From NCBI GenBank assembly GCA_963716255.1, contig OY970303.1, positions 4,096,001 through 4,160,000 on the forward strand: a stretch of 64,000 nt of DNA, given 5' to 3'. Made by a program: the position numbers and the translations under genes. How positions within the stretch are numbered: position 1 is the stretch's first letter; each line of letters begins with the position of its first letter. This document shows, piece after piece, positions 59,660 to 64,000 of this stretch. The DNA is from an uncultured Gemmatimonadales bacterium (GTDB lineage: Bacteria; Gemmatimonadota; Gemmatimonadetes; Longimicrobiales; Longimicrobiaceae). Under the pieces are notes generated by a model. It was given only the letters and a program-made list of their open reading frames with translations, ran no database searches and was not told the origin of the DNA.

Positions 59660-59938
59660 ATGCCGTGTCTGGTCGTCCTCCTCGCGCTCCTCGTCCCCCG
59701 CGGGCTCATCCTGGGCCTCTGGTTCCTCACCGACTGGTTCCGGGGGATGTTCGACGGGCTGCTCTGGCCGGTGCTCGGCTTCGTCTTCCTTCCCACCACG
59801 CTGCTCTGGTATTCGGGCGTGCAGCACTGGTTCGGCGGGGAGTGGGGGCCGGCGGCGGTGGTCGGGCTGGTGATCGCGCTGCTCGTGGACACCTCGCCCG
59901 CGCGCGGGAAGCGCAGCCGCGGGCGCGCCAGGGACTGA
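59660..59938 (+). CDS. Small membrane protein
   Basis: MPCLVVLLALLVPR...LWPVLGFVFLPTTLLWY; strongly hydrophobic. Confidence 0.75.
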   Translation: MPCLVVLLALLVPRGLILGLWFLTDWFRGMFDGLLWPVLGFVFLPTTLLWYSGVQHWFGGEWGPAAVVGLVIALLVDTSPARGKRSRGRARD

Positions 59939-60042
59939 GCCCGGGACACGGTGGGGCGCGGACGGGCTTGCGGGGGCGGGGCGGCGGAGGTTGAATTGCG
60001 GGGGTCGCCCGTGCCGGCCTCCACCTCCCGCCTCCGCCTCCC

Positions 60043-60621
60043 ATGCAAGCCCTCTGGAACGACCTCCTGGTCTCCGACGTCCCGCTGCTGGAAAAGGCGG
60101 TCCGCACCCTCGCCGTGTACCTGTTCCTCCTGGTGGGGCTGCGGCTGGCCGGCAAGCGGGAGCTGGGGCAGCTCAACCCGCTCGACCTGGTGGTCCTGCT
60201 CATGCTGTCCAACACCGTGCAGAACGCCATCATCGGCCCCGACGACTCGCTCACCGGCGGGATGTTCGGGGCCGTGGTGCTCCTGGTGGCGGACTACGCC
60301 GCGCTCCGCTTCCTGTACCGCCACCCGCGCATGGAGCGCGTGCTGGAGGGCGACCCCGAGCTGCTGATCGACGGCGGCGTGGTGATCGACCGGGCGCTGG
60401 ACCACAACCTCATCACCCGGGCCGAGCTGGAGTCCGCCGCGCGGAGGCAGGGCATCGAGGAGCTGGGCGAGGTGCTGCGCTGCCGGCTGGAGGTGGGCGG
60501 CGCGCTCACCTTCGTGCCGCGCGAGCCCACCCCCGACGAGCGGCGCCACGCCGAGCTGGTGGCCCGCCTCGACGCCCTGGAGCGGCAGCTGGCCCGGGTG
60601 GCCGGGGCCGGCGGCGCGTAG
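60043..60621 (+). CDS. DUF421/YetF family membrane protein
   Basis: LRLAGKRELGQLNPLDLV, EGDPELLIDGG and LEVGG motifs. Confidence 0.88.
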   Translation: MQALWNDLLVSDVPLLEKAVRTLAVYLFLLVGLRLAGKRELGQLNPLDLVVLLMLSNTVQNAIIGPDDSLTGGMFGAVVLLVADYAALRFLYRHPRMERVLEGDPELLIDGGVVIDRALDHNLITRAELESAARRQGIEELGEVLRCRLEVGGALTFVPREPTPDERRHAELVARLDALERQLARVAGAGGA

Positions 60622-60648
60622 CGCTCCGCCCGGTCCCGGCCGCGTAGC

Positions 60649-61398
60649 TCACAGCGGGTTGGGATTCTGTTGCTGGCTCTTGAGCCCGGCTTTGTTCGCG
60701 CAGACCATGTCCAGCCACAGGCCGGTCGTGTCTCCAGGGAATGCGGGGGGATCGTTCGATCCGCCGACCCGTACGGAGTCCAGGTCGCCCGAGATCCCCA
60801 CCTTCCCGCGGATCGGACTGTTGGGAGCTCGTTCGACGACTACGGTATGCGGCGCGACCATGGCCCAGGTCGGCCAGTCCAGTACCTGTTGGACGAAGAT
60901 GGTGCCCCCGTCCACCGCCAGGTTCTCTATCGGGCTCCGGTCCACGAAGTGGAAGGTGACGGATCCGATGACGAACGGGACGGCGGTGAAGTCGAAGACC
61001 ACGCCGATGGTGTCCAGGCGGAGTGAATGCCCCGTGAGGACGTCGGTGTACCTCGGCTCGTTGACGACTACGGCGTGTTGATACTGGCCAACGAATGACG
61101 ACCCGTTGTAGTAGTAATAGTCGTCGACCTTCATGCTGATGTAGTTCTCCGTGTGGACGACGGATCCCTTGACCGTGCCCGGGACGATGCCCCACCGCGT
61201 TCCCACTGCCCGCGTCTCGAACTTCATGCACCTCGATGTGGAGTCCGGCTCCGGCAGCAGGCTCGTGGGCTCCTGGTGGATCGGCGTGGCGCCGGCGAGC
61301 GACGGCGGCGCGGGAGCCAGCATCTGGTCCGCGGTGCAGGCGCCCAGGCCGAGGGCGAGCGCGGCGAGCAGAGCGTGGCGTGGACGTGCAGGTCTCAT
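60649..61398 (-). CDS. Hypothetical lipoprotein
   Basis: GGAGGGG RBS; LGAC lipobox; beta-rich mature region. Confidence 0.7.
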   Translation of the reverse strand: MRPARPRHALLAALALGLGACTADQMLAPAPPSLAGATPIHQEPTSLLPEPDSTSRCMKFETRAVGTRWGIVPGTVKGSVVHTENYISMKVDDYYYYNGSSFVGQYQHAVVVNEPRYTDVLTGHSLRLDTIGVVFDFTAVPFVIGSVTFHFVDRSPIENLAVDGGTIFVQQVLDWPTWAMVAPHTVVVERAPNSPIRGKVGISGDLDSVRVGGSNDPPAFPGDTTGLWLDMVCANKAGLKSQQQNPNPL

Positions 61399-61594
61399 CG
61401 TCCCCTCCGGGGAGCGGGGTTGAACCTCCGGCCTGCACGGCATCCATTCGTGGATGCCGTGTGGCCTGTCCCGAAAGGTACGCCATCCCCGTTCGCGATC
61501 CAACGATGTTCGCGGTGCTGGCCCATCCGCGCGCCGCGTCCTACCTTGCGGATGCCCCGAAGCCCCGCGCGCCGCATCCTCCCCGGAGGTGTCC

Positions 61595-62524
61595 GTGACC
61601 GAGTCCCCCGCCGCCGCACCCGACGCCTGGCCTAGCCTCCCCCTGGCCGAGTGGGAAGACACCCGCGCCACCCTGCACATGTGGACGCAGGTGGTGGGCA
61701 AGGTGCGCCTGGCGCAGACCCCGTGGATCAACCACTGGTGGCACGTGCCGCTGTACGTCACCCCGCGCGGCCTCACCACCACCGCCATGGCGTACGGTGC
61801 CGGCAGCTTCGAGATCGCCTTCGACTTCGTGGACCACCGGCTGGTGGTGGACGCCGGCGGCGCGGGCTCGCGCACCCTGCCGCTGGAGCCCCGCTCCGTC
61901 GCCGACTTCCACCGCGGGCTGATGGACGCGCTCGCGTCGCTGGGGATCCGCCCGCGGATCTGGCCCGTTCCGGTGGAGGTGCCCGACCCGGTTCCCTTCC
62001 CGGAGGACCACGCCCACGCCTCCTACGACCCCGGGTACGCGCGCCGCTTCGCGCAGGCGCTGGTGCAGGCGGACCGCGTGCTGCGGGAGTTCCGCTCCGG
62101 CTTCACCGGCAAGTGCAGCCCCGTGCACTTCTTCTGGGGGAGCTTCGACCTGGCGGTGACCCGCTTCTCCGGGCGCGGCGCCCCGCCGCACCCCGGCGGC
62201 ATCCCCAGTCTCGCCGACTGGGTGACGCGCGAAGCGTACTCGCACGAGGTGAGCAGCGCCGGCTGGTGGCCCGGCGGCGGCCCCTTCCCCGACGCCGCCT
62301 TCTACGCCTACATGTACCCGCAGCCCGCCGGCTACGGCGACGCGCGCGTGCGCCCGCCGGAGGCCCGCTACCTCGCCGACGCCGGCGAGTGGGTCCTCCC
62401 CCACGAGGCCGTCCGCGTCGCCCCCGACCCGGATGGCGCCGTGCGCGCCTTCCTGGAGGACACCTACGCCGCCGGCGCCGACCTGGCCGGCTGGGACCGC
62501 GCCTCGCTGGAGCGTCCCGCGTGA
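61595..62524 (+). CDS. DUF5996-like conserved protein
   Basis: TLHMWTQVVGK, NHWWHV, SPVHFFWGSFDLAVTRFSG and EAYSHE motifs. Confidence 0.82.
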   Translation: MTESPAAAPDAWPSLPLAEWEDTRATLHMWTQVVGKVRLAQTPWINHWWHVPLYVTPRGLTTTAMAYGAGSFEIAFDFVDHRLVVDAGGAGSRTLPLEPRSVADFHRGLMDALASLGIRPRIWPVPVEVPDPVPFPEDHAHASYDPGYARRFAQALVQADRVLREFRSGFTGKCSPVHFFWGSFDLAVTRFSGRGAPPHPGGIPSLADWVTREAYSHEVSSAGWWPGGGPFPDAAFYAYMYPQPAGYGDARVRPPEARYLADAGEWVLPHEAVRVAPDPDGAVRAFLEDTYAAGADLAGWDRASLERPA

Positions 62525-62611
62525 GGCGCGCCGTCCGGAACCCTGGCGCCCCCGTCCGGTAACAGACAGTCCGTTCCCACCCCACCGTCATCCGTCCAGA
62601 GAATGGATCGC

Positions 62612-64000
62612 ATGCACTCGAACAATCGTTGGTTCAGGCTCGGGGCCTCCGGCGTGCTCGGCGCCTCCCTGCTGCTCGGCGGCGCGGCGCAGCGCCTGGA
62701 CGCCCAGGGCGGGCCGCAGGGCCCCGCCGCGCCCGCGCCCCGCGAGTCGTACGGCCCGTGGGGGATCGACGTGCCCGGCATGGACCGCAGCGTCCGCCCG
62801 CAGGACGACTTCTTCCGCTTCGTCAACGGCGGCTGGCTCGACCGCACCGAGATCCCGGCGGACCGCTCCAACTACGGCTCCTTCACCTGGCTGGCCATGG
62901 AGGCCGACCAGGCGAACCGCCGGACCATCGAGGAGGCCGCCGCTTCCCGGAGCGCCGCCCCCGGCTCCGAGCAGCGCAAGGTGGGCGACTACTACCAGAG
63001 CTTCATGGACACCGCGCGCATCCAGCAGCTGGGGATCCAGCCGCTGCGCGCCGAGCTGGCGCGCGTGGCCGCGGTGAGCGGCAAGGCGCAGCTCCCCACC
63101 GCCTTCGCGCGCCTCCAGCGGCTCGGCGTGCAGACGCCCGTGGGCTTCATGATCTGGCAGGACGCCCGGCAGGCCGACCGCTACATCCTCAACGTGGGCC
63201 AGTCCGGGCTGGGGCTCCCCGAGCGCGACTACTACACCGAGGCCAAGTTCGCCGATCAGCGCGCCGCGTACGTCCGCTACGTGGAAACGCTGCTGCGCCT
63301 GTCCGGCGAGCGCGACCCCGCCGGGGCGGCGCGCGGCATCCTGGCGCTGGAGACCGAGCTGGCCAAGGGCCACTGGGAGGGCGCCCGCGCCCGCGACGCC
63401 GAGAAGACGTACAACCTCTACAGCCCCGCCAAGCTGGACTCGCTCACGCCCAGCTTCTCCTGGGCCGGGTACCTGCGGGGCACCGGCGCGCAGGCCACGC
63501 CCGCCGTGGTCGTCCGCATGCCCGACTACTTCCAGAACATGGACCGCGTGGTACGGCAGGTGCCGCTGCAGACCTGGAAGCAGTACATGACCTTCAAGCT
63601 GGTGGAAGCGTACGCCGACGAGCTGAGCCGTCCCTTCGAGGACGCCAAGTTCCAGTTCGCCGGGCGCACGCTCCAGGGGCTGCAGCAGCCCCGTCCCCGC
63701 TGGGCGCTGGGCGTGGCCGCGGTGGAGGGGGCCATGGGGCAGCTGGTGGGCAAGATGTACGTGGAGCGCAACTTCACGCCCGCGGCCAAGGCCCGCATGC
63801 AGGAGCTCATCACCAACCTCCTGGCCGCTTTCCGCCAGGGGATCGACGAGCTGGAGTGGATGACCCCCGAGACCCGGGCCCGGGCGCAGGAAAAGCTCGC
63901 CAAGTTCAACGTCAAGATCGCGTACCCCGACCAGTGGCCCGACTACTCCGGGCTGGAGGTCCGTTCCGGCGACCTGGCCGGCAACGTGATGCGCGCCGCC
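62612..64000 (+). CDS. M13 family metallopeptidase, N-terminal part; runs off the window edge
   Basis: Signal peptide, then MDRSVRPQDDFFRFVNGGW, QSGLGLPERDYY, LEWMTPETR and KIAYPDQW. Confidence 0.92.
   Translation, partial: MHSNNRWFRLGASGVLGASLLLGGAAQRLDAQGGPQGPAAPAPRESYGPWGIDVPGMDRSVRPQDDFFRFVNGGWLDRTEIPADRSNYGSFTWLAMEADQANRRTIEEAAASRSAAPGSEQRKVGDYYQSFMDTARIQQLGIQPLRAELARVAAVSGKAQLPTAFARLQRLGVQTPVGFMIWQDARQADRYILNVGQSGLGLPERDYYTEAKFADQRAAYVRYVETLLRLSGERDPAGAARGILALETELAKGHWEGARARDAEKTYNLYSPAKLDSLTPSFSWAGYLRGTGAQATPAVVVRMPDYFQNMDRVVRQVPLQTWKQYMTFKLVEAYADELSRPFEDAKFQFAGRTLQGLQQPRPRWALGVAAVEGAMGQLVGKMYVERNFTPAAKARMQELITNLLAAFRQGIDELEWMTPETRARAQEKLAKFNVKIAYPDQWPDYSGLEVRSGDLAGNVMRAA

Overview
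Very GC-rich bacterial chromosomal window. Gene content is consistent with a Gemmatimonadota/Longimicrobium-like organism, which is an inference. It holds about 55 mostly ordinary genes: pckA, two MCPs, a GGDEF protein, a Ser/Thr kinase with RCC1 repeats, several peptidases, modABC, mprF-acvB, fdhD and tandem subtilases. I found no rRNA, tRNA, CRISPR array, transposase or reverse transcriptase. The most striking feature is non-coding: a dispersed ~135-150 nt intergenic element present as 11 full copies and 1 internally deleted copy. It folds into a multibranch structure with clear compensatory base changes, including long-range ones. It has conserved C-GNA-G triloops, often ends near TTCAA, and usually points its 3' end at a stop codon. 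It often lies next to two further hairpin modules. This looks like an uncharacterised structured ssDNA/RNA mobile or regulatory element family. Other notable loci are a small membrane-type protein paired with a CHAT-protease/STAND/TPR protein carrying near-identical 120-bp repeats (probable defence module), a DUF4157 protein with a Tgl-like transglutaminase C-terminus, a frameshifted ParE toxin and a DUF309-cupin in-frame fusion. Family assignments come from motif recognition by eye; no database searches were run.
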